Origin: Pecten maximus
Taxonomy: Eukaryota
Direction: 5' to 3'
DNA length: 64,000 nt
Assembly: GCF_902652985.1 (NCBI RefSeq)
Contig: NC_047017.1
Span: 47,058,001-47,122,000, forward strand
Positions 26,205-40,217 of this stretch are shown piece after piece. The notes below the pieces were generated by a model. That model had not been told where the DNA came from. It did no database searches and saw only the letters and a program-made list of their open reading frames with translations. The first letter of the stretch is position 1; each line of letters opens with the position of its first letter. The position numbers were made by a program, and so were the translations under genes.

Positions 26205-28795
26205 GTAGTACAAAACAGATCTGTACTCTATTACTGTATTACAAAGCTGGTCTGTACTCAATTACTGTACTACAAAACTGGTCTGTACTCTATTACTGTA
26301 CTACAAAACTGGTCTGTACTCAATTACTGTACTATAAAGTTGGTGTGTACTCTATTACTGTACTACAAAACATATCTGTACTCTATTACTGTACTACAAA
26401 ACTGGTCTGTACTCTATTACTGTACAACAAAACTGGTCTGTACTATATTACTGTACTATAAAGTTGGTCTGTACGCTATTACTGTACTACAAAACTAGTC
26501 TGTACTCTATTACTGTACAACAAAACTGGTCTGTACTATATTAATGTACTACAAAGTTGGTCTGTACTCTATTACTGTACTACAAAACATATCTGTACTC
26601 TATTACTGTACTACAAAACTGGTCTGTACTCTATTACTGTACTACAAAGTTGGTCTGTACTAAATTACTGTACTACAAAACAGATCTGTACTCTATTACT
26701 ATACTACAAAGCTGGTCTGTACTCAATTACTGTACTACAAAACTGGTCTGTACTCTAATACTGTACTACAAAACTGGTCTGTACTTTATTACTGTACTAC
26801 AAAACTGGTCTGTACTCTAATACTGTACTACAAAACTGGTCTGTACTCTATTACTGTACTATAAAGTTGGTCTGTACTCTATTACTGTACTACAAAACAG
26901 ATCTGTACTCAATTACTGTACTACAAAACTGGTCTGTACTCTATTACTGTACTACAAAGCTGGTCTGTACTCTAATACTGTACTACAAAACTGGTCTGTA
27001 CTCTATTACTGTACTACAAAACTGGTCTGTACTCAATTACTGTACTACAAAACTGGTCTGTACTCTATTACTGTACTACAAAGTTGGACTGTACTCTATT
27101 ACTGTACTACAAAACTGGTCTGTACTCAATTACTATATTACAAAGTTGGACTGTACTCTATTACTGTACTACAAAGTTGGACTGTACTCTATTACTCTAA
27201 TACAAAACTGGTCTGTACTCTATTACTGTACTACAAAACTGGTCTGTACTCTATTATTGTACTACAAAGTTGGTCTGTACTCTATTACTGTACTACAAAA
27301 CAGATCTGTACTCTATTAATGTACTTCAAAGCTGGCCTGTACTCAATTACTGTACTACAACGCTGGTCTGTACTCAATTACTGTACTACAAAGTTGGTCT
27401 GTACTCAATTACTGTACTACAAAACAGATCTGTACTCTATTAATGTACTACAAAGCTGGTCTGTACTCAATTACTGTACTACAAAGCTGGTCTGTACTCT
27501 AATAACACTATACTACAAAACTGATCTGTACTCTATTACTGTACTACAAAGCTGGTCTGTACTCAATTACTGTACTACAAAGTTGGTCTGTACTCTAATA
27601 ATACTATACTACAAAACTGATCTGTACTCTATTACTGTACTACAAAGCTGGTCTGTACTCAATTACTGTACTACAAAGTTGGTCTGTACTCTAATAATAC
27701 TATACTACAAAACTGATCTGTACTCTATTACTGTACTACAAAGCTGGTCTGTACTCAATTACTGTACTACAAAGTTGGTCTATACACTGTACTCTATTAC
27801 TGTACTACAAAGTTGGTCTGTACGCTATTACTGTACTACAAAGCTGGTCTGTACTCTAATACTGTACTACAAAACTGGTCTGTACTGAATTACTATACTA
27901 CAAAACTGGTCTGTACTATATTACTATACTACAAAGCTGTTCTGTACTATATTACTGTACTACAAAACAGATCTGTACTCTATTACTGTACTACAAGGCT
28001 AGTCTGTACTATTTTACTGTACTACAAAACTGGTCTTTACTATTTTACTGTACTACAAAACAGATCTGTACTCTATTAATGTACTACAAAGCTGGTCTGT
28101 ACTCTATTACTGTACTACAAAGCTGGTCTGTACTCAATTACTGTACTACAAAGTTGGTCTGTACTCAATTACTGTACTACAAAACAGATCTGTACTCTAT
28201 TACTGTACTACAAAGCTGGTCTGTACTCAATTACTGTACTACAAAGCTGGTCTGTACTCTAATAATACTATACTACAAAACTGATCTGTACTCTATTACT
28301 GTACTACAAAGCTGGTCTGTACTCAATTACTGTACTACAAAGTTGGTCTGTACTCTAATAATACTATACTACAAAACTGATCTGTACTCTATTACTGTAC
28401 TACAAAGCTGGTCTGTACTCAATTACTGTACTACAAAGTTGGTCTGTACTCTAATGATACTATACTACAAAACTGATCTGTACTCTATTACTGTACTACA
28501 AAGCTGGTCTGTACTCAATTACTGTACTACAAAGTTGGTCTATACACTGTACTCTATTACTGTACTACAAAGCTGGTCTGTACTCTAATACTGTACTACA
28601 AAACTGGTCTGTACTGAATTACTATACTACAAAACTGGTCTGTACTCTATTACTGTACTACAAAACAGATCTGTACTATATTACTGTACTACAAAACTGG
28701 TCCGTACTCTATTACTGTACTACAAGGCTAGTCTGTATTATTTTACTGTACTACAAAACTGGTCTTTACTATTTTACTGTACTCCAAAACTGGCT
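26205..28795. repeat. 31-bp minisatellite, ~83 copies, with higher-order structure
   Basis: Unit CTGTACTCTATTACTGTACTACAAAACTGGT. Confidence 0.98.
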
Positions 28796-30569
28796 TGTAT
28801 TCCATTATACAAAACATCAGGTTATTAAATGTAGTTATTGTTTTGTTATATAGAGATATACGTAACTATATACAGTATATACCCTAGAGAGATGGGTAAT
28901 GAGGCCTATACTACCAGAGTTAGTAAACTTATACACTATGACCTCTATTCTATCTGTCCAGTAACAACTGGCATACAACAGTACAGATGTCGGACAAAAG
29001 TAAAAAGTAAAAACAACGCACTCGTCCTAATACTTCTATGGTGGTTCTGTAAATGAAACATGATTGTGTATATATTATAGACGATACACTTGGCTAGCTT
29101 CGTAAATAATGTTTTTATTGATTTCTATGCATAATGACATGGAAATTATTCATATAAGTGGGAAGGAAAACTTGAAATTAGAAATAGATTATTATACTAT
29201 AGTATAATCTATTTATAATTAAGGCGAGTTTTCTAATCAGACATGATATCAATTCTAATTAAATTAATAACCATACATCTAATGTTTAGCACAGAACAAC
29301 AGCCGACAATCCCTTACCGGCTCGTTTGAATTTTCCAATTGTTAAATCAGTGACACCGAGTGACTAGGTATATATGATAATTATACATGTTAAGGGAGCA
29401 AATGACATATGTTTTGTCTGATATACAGACCACATATAGCCCGTGACCAGAGCTTTGGACAAATCGGTTATTAATCTATATACTCGGGTTTTCAATAAGT
29501 AATATGGATATATGGTTCGCCGATTTGACATACATATCATCTAACACGATCGGTTATGAATATCAATGCTTTTCAAAACCTGTGAATTGTTACTATTAGT
29601 AAAAGTTATTAGTTTAAACTGAATATGTATTTAAGTATTACCGTCAAAGCTTTTGTTATGTATCATTTTTGATAGATATCGGCTACCCTCTAGTGGGTAG
29701 TTGTATGCTGCAGCAATATCCGGACGGGTGCGGACTGAATATTAGATTGACGGCATCATGTCTGTTATTAACTATACATTATCCTTTCAATGTGAAAACA
29801 AAAACACGGAAGATAGCGAATTAATTAATGTCTTGTAAAAAGATATATTTCCCTTGATGCATCATGTCCCTTCGAAACAGGTGTTGATTGTCACAGTATG
29901 GTTAGAATCATTTTTGGCGCTTATTGAATTAAAATTTCGTAAAGCAGATGTGACAATTTTTTCTTTTAGCTGGTTTATTGTGCGTTACCGTACGGCTGTT
30001 TTTTTTTCCCCTGTCATTCTCAACATGAAATATTAGTCTAGTCTTATAATAACCAACCTGTTTGAACAAACTTTTAAATATGTAGATTTTTATCTTATAT
30101 AAAGGGGGCTGATAGATAGAGTTTGAAATGTAACTAATTGTTTATGATAAATTATACTCATCTTTCTATGGATGGCGTTGTATTACGATTTGACATCAGT
30201 TAGACGTATTCGGTATTAAATAATATCCCTGATGGTTCCATTGTCTTCTTTCGATTTCTCATTTTAAGGTAAGACCTTGATCTAGATTTACATGTCAATG
30301 TATGGTCTTCTTTGGTACCTTTTCTAAAGGCCTCTTCCGTGTAAATCTTTACTTACTAGTATATTTTTTATCTTATAATTACGGTTTTGTTTCCACTTTG
30401 GTATTTTCTGGTTGATTTATAACAATTAATACCTCAATTGTTATTCTCAGGTTGCCCTTTTGTAATACTTCTTCCGATAAAATTAACATTCAAATACATG
30501 TAAAAACATAAGATAATTCTTTGAAACTCATTTTGTTTGACCCCGTGCTGATTTTATCTTTCGTTCTCT

Positions 30570-31400
30570 GCGTGCCCTGGTGCTGATAACTATTGTCGTT
30601 CTGCCCATTTTGCGTGCCCCTGTGCTGATAGCTATTGTCTTACTGTCCATTTTGCGTGCCCCTGTGCTGATAACTATTGTCTTACTGTCCATTTTGCGTG
30701 CCCTGTGCTTATTACTATTGTCTTACTGTCCATTTTGCGTGCCCCTGTGCTGATAACTACTTCTTATTGTCCATTTTGCGTGCCCCTGTGCTGATAACTA
30801 TTGTCTTATTGTCCATTTTGCGTGCCCCTGTGCTGATAACTATTGTCTTATTGTCCATTTTGCGTGCCCCTGTGCTGATAACTATTGCCTTATTGTCTAT
30901 TTTGCGTGTCCTTGTGCTGATAACTATTGTCTTATTGTCCATTTTGCGTGCCTCTGTGCTGATAACTATTGCCTTATTGTCCATTTTGCGTGTCCCTGTG
31001 CTGTTAACTATTGTCTTATTGTCCATTTTGCGTGTCCCTGTGCTGATAACTATTGCCTTATTGTCCATTTTGCGTGCCCCTGTGCTGATAACTATTGTCT
31101 TATTGTTCATTTTGCGTGCCTCTGTGCTGATAACTATTGTCTAATTGTCCATTTTGCGTGCCCCTGTGCTGATAACTATTGTCTTATTGTCCATTTTGCG
31201 TGTCCCTGTGCTGATAACTATTGTCTTACTGTCCATTTTGCGTGCCCCTGTGCTGATAATTATTGCCTTATTGTCCATTTTGCGTGTCCCTGTGCTGATA
31301 ACTATTGTCTTATTGTCCATTTTGCGTGCCCCTGTGCTGATAGCTATTGTCTTATTGTCCATTTTGCGTGCCCCTGTGCTGATAACTATTGTCTTATTAC
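30570..31400. repeat. 42-bp minisatellite, ~20 copies
   Basis: Unit TGTCCATTTTGCGTGCCCCTGTGCTGATAACTATTGTCTTAT; gives spurious 14-aa-repeat ORFs on both strands. Confidence 0.97.
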
Positions 31401-33164
31401 CCATGTCGTAATGCTGGTTATTTTTTATAAATCAATGTCTCTCATTAAAATCATGAAATCGTATAGGATTATCATTAAGCGTAGAGGCAACCGATAAGGT
31501 TTTTGAAAGTGTTAAAGTTTGACGAGAAAACATCCACAAAACTAGAGGTCAAAGTATATATACAATATACAAACAAGTGTTATATTTCCAAATACTAGGA
31601 CTAGAATTGAAGTTATGTTTAGTTAAGGGCTAAAAGTCCAACTATGTCAGACAACAGGTAAGATTTAATACTATAATTCTATCAAGCTAACGTCCAAGTT
31701 CTACAAAGGCGATGGGTAAGGGATATTTCCAGTCAATATATGGGATCTAGAGAATAGTTATAGTATTATTAGTAACGTAACGTAACATCTGAAGTGATGG
31801 TCTGAAGAGGTATAAATATAACAGTTTTAATCACTACTGTTGAGCCTCCTCTACGGTAAATTATACATATGGTAATTTCTAAATCCATCTGAAAACACTT
31901 GCTATAAATAATACCGGAAAAACTAGATATCTGTTATTTAAGACCAAATTTAAGTCGTTATGCATCGTCGGAAAAAGTATTAATACTTTATTACTCTAGA
32001 ATAAATATTCAAGACACAATATAACTCCTGAAAGTACCAGATAAGTCATTTAAAGATTAATCGAATTACCTGTTTCTATATTGTATACAATTGAATAATT
32101 CATAGACGTTTTATGGGTTTAAGTTAAATAGATTTCGTATCCCAGAAACCAGACAAAGCGTCTTCTTACGTACTTTAGACTTATCATTATAAATGAGAAA
32201 CCAAAAAAAGCCTTTTAGGCATTTTCTGTAGATTAAATTTTTACCTCGATTTATGATTTTATCTGTAGCGGTTTGAGAAAATATCTCGAAACGAACCCAA
32301 CAACATGTGTATCTATATGGAACCATTTAATCTGGGCTGTATGTTGTAGTATGATTTCATTTTGTTGGGTTCCATTGAATCATAAACAACAGTAAACAAT
32401 ATTTACATGTAATCACATTTATTTACAAAATATTACTTAGAATTTAATTTTAATTTTACAAAAACAATGAATTTGTTAAAAATAACCAGAATTAGCATAT
32501 TTGTCCGACTTTTTGTCGTTATTATTGTATCAACACAGACATTGTATTCAGTGGAATTTCAAGTTAAGATCTATAAATCATTTCGCTTGGCACGTGACTT
32601 TGGTCCATGTTCGCTAAGGCCAATTTAGATCTCGCTGACTCCTCAGTCCCTGGTCTCTAGTATTACTGATGGGGGACGAAACAACTGTATCAATAATAAA
32701 TATCTGCGGCAAAAGAATGTGTAATCAAACTGATAGAACGTCATACTTTGATATATTCTTCCACGGAAGGCCCGTTATCTGACAAACGTCCGATGCATGT
32801 CACAAGGTGCGTTAAAATTCTGACGTTGTTATGTATATCAAAAGTAAACTTTATTTATATATCTGTTTATTTATTTATTTCAATTATTTTTTCCTTTCCT
32901 TTGTTTCATTTTATTTTTTATTTTACCTGATTTAATTTGTTTTATTCTCTTTTGAGAACAATTTGAATATGTATCTGTTCTCTTTCCTTAGGTGTAAGAC
33001 TTTTCTGAAATACATTTATATTGAAATCATCAATTTTAATTTTGAAAAAGGTTCGAAAAATCTCTATTTTCGTCAAAACAATGTTCGGATTGTTACAGAC
33101 CATGCACACGAGCAGTATGGGGTAATGGTTAGGACTATATACATTCATGTAAAACAACAGGAGA

Positions 33165-33366
33165 TAAAAAAAATATTTTGTAATAATTGCGAAACTAGTG
33201 ATATAAACTTGTACTAATAACCCTTGTTGGCCAGAATGGGAGAGCGTGAGGGATGTTACTGTGGGAGGAAACTGGAGCACACGTGGAAACCCCACGTGAT
33301 CGGACAGGTAGCTCAATACCCTTTCATGTCTGACCGGGGGTAGAGAGTTGGTCGGGGATTGATCTC
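33165..33366 (-). mobile_element. Degenerate V-domain-type SINE fragment
   Basis: GTGGGAGGAAACTGGAGCACACGTGGAAACCCCACGTG resembles the reverse complement of the V-SINE core (GTGGGTTTCCTCCGGGTGCTCCGGTTTCCTCCCAC). Homologous to 42058-42215. Confidence 0.75.
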
Positions 33367-35037
33367 ATTCTACACTGTTATATAATTAGTAAGGTCTGAG
33401 GCTTCGTACATGGATTTACTTCGTTTATAACACAGCTTTACATGTCATCAAGAAAGGGTTCATTTCTGATTGTCTACTATAGTAGTACACAACGGTGTCT
33501 ATACAGCGGAGGGATATAAACTGTTTGATTTAGTCGAGGCGTGAAACTGTAGATATTATCGTCATTAACTGAGTATAATGGTCACAAAAATAACACTCCA
33601 GTCTCTAAACGCTAGAGTTAATGACAGCCAGTCAACAATAGTTAGGTAAATATGCCACGGCCACTGTGCTCTCTACAAGTACAATGTTGACATACATAGG
33701 ATCATGACGTTACTTCCGGTTCCTCTGACAATGGCGTCTTGCTTAATCCTGCACACTTGCCACTGTAGTGCGAGAGATTAGTCCGCCATTGTGACGTGAT
33801 CTGTATCGACAACTCGATTACGTCTACAAGTATTGCTCAAGGTGGCGATGGTCTGTTGGATTCCTTTGTTGTAGCGGACTGGGCCTAATGGAGAGCAATA
33901 CAAACACAGGAGCTACTTTACTTAAATCAATTTTACTCAATGAAGCTGTTTACTCTGAGATGTTTTAAATGGAATATTAAGACTGCTAGATATGTAAAGG
34001 TTTACCTTTGAAACGGCACAAAATCGGCTATTCTATGGGGATTTTAGGATAGGTAAGCCGGGTTTGATTTTCAGATTTGTAACTCAAATCAATTGGTCAA
34101 TATTTTTGTTTGCAAACGTTGACCATTTCAATTGAAATGATTGCTGTACTATACGAGGTGTTGTTTAAATATGCTTTGTGGACTACTAGTTGCCAAAGTT
34201 TTGTTATACAACTGTGATACCGTGTACGAGATAGATCTGACGGGCTGTTTATCCATAACAATACAAAGCTAGGAATATTTGATTCCCCATGAAACAATTT
34301 ACTGAATTCGGTAGCTCATGCATTAAATGTAATTTCCGCTATGTTCAAAATACATTACTCGCAATATTAGTTTTCTCAGTTCTTTCAAATGGATATAAAT
34401 TATTTAATTTGTAGTATTAAAGGGAATCAGCGAAGCGGTCATTTACTGATACAGTACATATTTTAAATGACCAGACTTAATTGTTACTTAACCGGGCCGT
34501 TTTCCAGACATCATTTTAAGGGCTATCCCTAAATTGAGAAAATTGAGTGATTTATTGAGCATCTTTTTCTTACCTCTTCATATTAAGTGTCCCGTTATTT
34601 AGCTGAACATGGAAAAACTTCAATAACATATTCGATTATTTGTAAATTGAATCAAGCATAATTACATAAAAAAAATCAACTTTTTAATTCCTGCTTAAAT
34701 TCATAGGCCGATGTTCAACTCCTTTACCACTAAATCAGTCTGACCTCGTTTACTGTCAGCTAGCCATTTACAAACCAATTAACCCCCAAGGTTCACTGAC
34801 AGTGTGAATACCATTAATTTTCTGTACCCCACAATTTAACCTGTCACCATCTAAACTTTGTCCAATAACTGTTAACCAGCTTACTACAAAAATGTATGAT
34901 AAACGTGATGAGTTAAATTTTCAAATTGTTAATTTCTTTTTTTAGATTCCAATATCACTGCTTCCACTACTTACGGTGTTAACATATCCAAGTTGATTCG
35001 ATAGTAAAGGACATTATTATCATTTCCATGCCAATTG

Positions 35038-35832
35038 GTTCCACTGTCATCACTCATTTTGAGTATGTGACTTACCCGGATTTGACCTAGATTTGTATGA
35101 CAGATGTCGTCGATTTGACCTAGATTTGTATGGTGGGTGTCGTATATTTGACGTATATTTGTATGGCGGGTGACGTCGATTTGACCTTGATTTGTATGGT
35201 GGGTGTCGTATATTTGACCTAGATTTGTATGGCGGGTGACGTCGATTTGACCTAGATTTGTATGGTGGGTGTCGTATATTTGACGTATATTTGTATGGCG
35301 GGTGACGTTGATTTGACCTAGATTTGTATGGCGGGTGTCGTCTATTTGACCTAGATTTGTATGGCGGTTGTCGTATATTTGACGTATATTTGTATGGCGG
35401 ATATTGTCGATTTGACCTAGATTTGTATGATGGGTGTCGTATATTTGACCTAGATTTGTATGGCAGGTGTCTTCGATTTGACCTAGATTTGTATGGCGGG
35501 TGTCGTCTATTTGACGTATATTTGTATGGCGGGTGACGTCGATTTGACCTAGATTTGTATGGTGGGTGTCGTATATTTGACCTAGATTTGTATGGCGGGT
35601 GTCGTCTATTTGACCTATATTTGTATGGCGGGTGACGTCGATTTGACCTAGATTTGTATGGCGGATATCGTCTATTTGACGTAGATTTGTATGGCGGATA
35701 TCGTCTATTTGACGTAGATTTGTATGGCGGATATCGTCTATTTGACGTAGATTTGTATGGCGGATATCGTCTATTTGACGTAGATTTGTATGGCGGATAT
35801 CGTCTATTTGACGTAGATTTGTATGGCGGATG
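35038..35832 (-). repeat. 30-bp tandem repeat (~25 copies, 35078-35832); same family as the 15.1 kb array, opposite orientation
   Basis: Unit GATTTGACCTAGATTTGTATGGCGGGTGTC(+/- variants); left flank reverse complement GGTAAGTCACATACTCAAAATGAG matches 15334-15359. Confidence 0.95.
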
Positions 35833-36135
35833 TTGGTGATTAACTTCTTGAACATTTGGTCGTATTCTTATATTTTTTCAATGGTCTAACACAAACCTAT
35901 CATTATGCGTTTTTGCAATCGTTTTATGGATTTTAAGATAAGATTACGGTTACGTTTCTTATTCGGGATGTGTGTGTAAATTTTGCCAAATGAAAAGTTG
36001 AAGTTAATAAATCTCGTGTTGATATTCCTAATTTAGGTTTTAGTTTACACGTTACATCAGTGTGGCCATTAATTGGGTGATGTGTCCGTGTAGTATAGTC
36101 TACTTCTATGTAATTTTTTGAACTATATCCCAATA

Positions 36136-36195
36136 TCACGTCCTTAAATGACCCTGGCTGTTAATAGGACGTTAAACAAAGCAAACCAAACCAAA
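36136..36195 (+). mobile_element. Severely 5'-truncated SINE/LINE 3' tail
   Basis: Stem-loop ACGTCCT...AGGACGT followed by an (AAACC)n tail; candidate TSD CCCAATA at 36129-36135 and 36196-36202. Confidence 0.7.
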
Positions 36196-38154
36196 CCCAA
36201 TACCCTGACATTACTGAGATCGATTCTGCCAATTTACTTCCTCTCTAATCAAATGTATTAGGTGTGTCATAACAATGGATTACAACACATATATTGTTAT
36301 CAGCAGAATAATACGGTTAGATCGTGTACTGAAAATAATCGGGAAAATACGCATGGTCACTCAAAACTTGACGTCGTCTTCACACAGTTTTCAATGATAT
36401 ATCTATTGAACCTAAAAGTGACAAGAGGCTTTATTCGAAAATTCGCTATAAGCTACATGGAAATAATTCTGAGAAATAAAGTTCCCGCATCAAGGAATTT
36501 CTACTTGTTATTTTGTGTGTATCACACATCCTATGGATGGTATGGTGTGTGATGTTGATACTCCTGTCGTAGTCATAGCAATAGTGGCCGCGAGAGTTGT
36601 ACCCGCTACATTGTAATAACTTGGTCATTTTATGCTGCTTCACCTTGACAGGTCTGTATCAAATGGAGAGTCTCGAGTGTGTTTGTCGACTTCACGCTAC
36701 GGTACGTGTGATCCCTATCGTAAATAAACGTCATGAAATATTTCGTGGGGTACTTCATAAATATCTGATGTATATTACGTCACGTTCGTCATCTCTGCCT
36801 TTTGACATCACCACCATGACAAGGTCTCTTCAGGTTTGGATTTCTTACCACTTAGTTTACAAGCTCACTCCGATTTAAAACACTGCTCTCGTTTACAGAT
36901 CGGAGTACCACACAGGAGCCTCATTACATAATAAGCACACTTGTGTACTTAAACAAGAGATGGACTTTTTGTTTTTTATGTCTCACTGCTCAGATCTTAC
37001 ATATCCCCGTGTGCTTTTTCATTACATTGTCATTTCTCGTCATAACTGCAGAGCATATCGAAAGCTTCACGCTCTAAATGTTTCGAACAATAAAGTGACA
37101 TGTAGATTTAGAGGCGGTCTAAATTTTCCAAACAAGTTTCCGGTCGTCCAGTTAACGTCCAATACTTTCATGTTTTAGTTTTGTTTTAGGTTTTTCTTGT
37201 GCTTGAAAGAAAAATGATATTATGAATAACGCCACAATAAACTAAACATTGTTTCGCCAATATCTTGTTGCCTCATCTTGTTCCAACAAGCCCTGCTATC
37301 TAAATGGTTACTTTCATATCTGATAAGTAAACGAATGAGGAATTGGTAACTTATCCACCATGGTGATTTTACTTAATTCATTATTATATGGTGGTAGCAA
37401 AACAGCGTTCAGTAGAGGTAAAATTACATTGTTACGTTTTGGTAGCTAAGTTGACAGGGTTACTTCTTAATTCTGGCTCAATATTATACAACTACGTTAA
37501 TATGTTTGTAATAATATCTATCAATAAATCAATAAAACAGTAGGCAATACATTTAACAAATGAATACTGTTTCCATGGAAATTAGAATCATTGTCTCAGA
37601 AAAAGCTCAGATGTTTCGTCAAAAAAGTAACACTCCACATTCTTCAATTCACGTTTGTTCTTTGAAGCGTGCCATGCTAACACAGGTAAAAATCATATTT
37701 GAAAGGAATTTTATTGCGGTTAATAATCGGTCCAATCTCACTCATAACGTAACATGCCTGTATATCGGAAATATCTCCGTGTCCGCTTTGTCATTTAGAA
37801 TGTACTTTGGTTGACCTAGTGACACCAGCAGGTGTCAGCACCCCTCGTTATTACATTGGAATATGCAAATTTATTCATTTATCATAATTATCGGCATAAG
37901 CCAAAAACTCCAATGAAGCAGTTAAAATGAATTTAGAAATACAAAAAGGACAGGAGTATGGCACATTGTTGGGGGTGATAATCACAGCGTGAACAGGGAT
38001 ATATTATGATGCTGTATTGATCAAAGTTTAGTACATGTAATTTCAAGGAATAAAAGACTGTCATATTTGATGAAAAATTCCGAAAACATTACTAGCTTTT
38101 AATAGTTATTCGGAATGTTGTCACTTGACTAAAAGAGTGTACATTGATTGTGAT

Positions 38155-40075
38155 TTACACTGATTTACACTGTCTACATTAGATAGATTGTGGTTCATGA
38201 TTAACACTGTCTACATTAGATAGATTGTGGTTCATGATTAACACTGTCTACATTAGATAGATTGTGGTTCATGATTAACACTGTCTACATTAGATAGACT
38301 GTGGTTCATGATTAACACTGTCTACATTAGATAGTTTGTGGTTCATGATTAACACTGTCTACATTAGATAGATTGTGGTTCATGATTAACACTGTCTACA
38401 TTAGATAGTTTGTGGTTCATGATTAACACTGTCTACATTAGATAGTTTGTGGTTCATGATTAACACTGTCTACATTAGATAGATTGTGGTTCATGATTTA
38501 CATTGTCTACATAAGATAGTTTGTGGTTCATGATTAACACTGTCTACATTAGATAGTTTGTGGTTCATGATTAACACTGTCTACATTAGATAGATTGTGG
38601 TTCATGATTAACACTGTCTACATTAGATAGTTTGTGGTTCATGATTAACACTGTCTACATTAGATAGTTTGTGGTTCATGATTAACACTGTCTACATTAG
38701 ATAGATTGTGGTTCATGATTAACACTGTCTACATAAGATAGATTGTGGTTCATGATTAACACTGTCTACATTAGATAGATTGTGGTTCATGATTTACATT
38801 GTCTACATTAGATAGTTTGTGGTTCATGATTAACACTGTCTACATTAGATAGATTGTGGTTCATGATTTACATTGTCTACATTAGATAGTTTGTGGTTCA
38901 TGATTAACACTGCCTACATTAGATAGACTGTGGTTCATGATTTACATTGTCTACATTAGATAGTTTGTGGTTCATGATTTACACTGTCTACATTAGATAG
39001 ATTGTGGTTCATGATTTACACTGTCTACATTAGATAGTTTGTGGTTCATGATTTACATTGTCTACATTAGATAGTTTGTGGTTCATGATTAACACTGTCT
39101 ACATTAGATAGACTGTGGTTCATGATTAACACTGTCTACATTAGATAGATTGTGGTTCATGATTAACACTGTCTACATTAGATAGATTGTGGTTCATGAT
39201 TTACATTGTCTACATTAGATAGATTGTGGTTCATGATTTACATTGTCTACATTAGATAGATTGTGGTTCATGATTTACACTGTCTACATTAGATAGTTTG
39301 TGGTTCATGATTTACATTGTCTACATTAGATAGATTATGGTTTATGATTAACACTGTCTACATAAGATAGTTTGCGGTTCATGATTTACATTGTCTACAT
39401 TAGATAGATTATGGTTTATGATTAACACTGTCTACATAAGATAATTTGTGGTTCATGATTAACACTGTCTACATTAGATAGACTGTGGTTCATGATTTAC
39501 ATTGTCTACATTAGATAGATTATGGTTTATGATTAACACTGTCTACATAAGATAGTTTGCGGTTCATGATTAACACTGTCTACATTAGATAGATTGTGGT
39601 TCATGATTTACATTGTCTACATAAGATAGTTTGTGGTTCATGATTTACACTGTCTACATTAGATAGATTGTGGATCATGATTAACACTGTCTACATTAGA
39701 TAGATTGTGGTTCATGATTAACACTGTCTACATAAGATAGATTGTGGTTCATGATTTACATTGTCTACATTAGATAGATTGTGGTTCATGATTAACACTG
39801 TCTACATTAGATAGATTGTGGTTCATGATTAACACTGTCTACATAAGATAGATTGTGGTTCATGATTTACATTGTCTACATTAGATAGATTGTGGTTCAT
39901 GATTTACATTGTCTACATAAGATAGTTTGTGGTTCATGATTAACATTGTCTACATTAGATAGATTGTAGTTCATGATTAACACTGTCTATATTAGAATGA
40001 TTGTGGTTCATGATGTCGTTATCCTGATTAGATAGACTGTGGTTCATGATTTACATTGTCTTCATTAAATATATT
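38155..40075. repeat. 37-bp minisatellite, ~52 copies
   Basis: Unit ACACTGTCTACATTAGATAGATTGTGGTTCATGATTA. Confidence 0.98.
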
Positions 40076-40188
40076 GTGGGTTCATCGCTTATGGAACAAT
40101 TGTACTTGAAGACGTTCCTACATTTATGAATCAATTAAAAAAATATTCGGTTGTTTTAAATTTTAATGGAAAGCATTTTTCAATAATG

Positions 40189-40217
40189 TTTTTTTTTTGG
40201 GGGGGGGGGGGGGGGGG
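40189..40217. repeat. T10 followed by G19 homopolymer
   Basis: Direct inspection. Confidence 0.9.

Noticed and set aside
26168-28588. Series of Tyr/Cys-rich ORFs
   Set aside because: Translations of the 31-bp satellite cycling through all three frames
30677-31411. Hydrophobic 14-aa-repeat ORFs resembling membrane proteins
   Set aside because: 42-bp minisatellite open on both strands
34971-35855. 294-aa HTNLGQIDD repeat ORF, and the related ORFs at 15038-15408
   Set aside because: Translation of the 30-bp array
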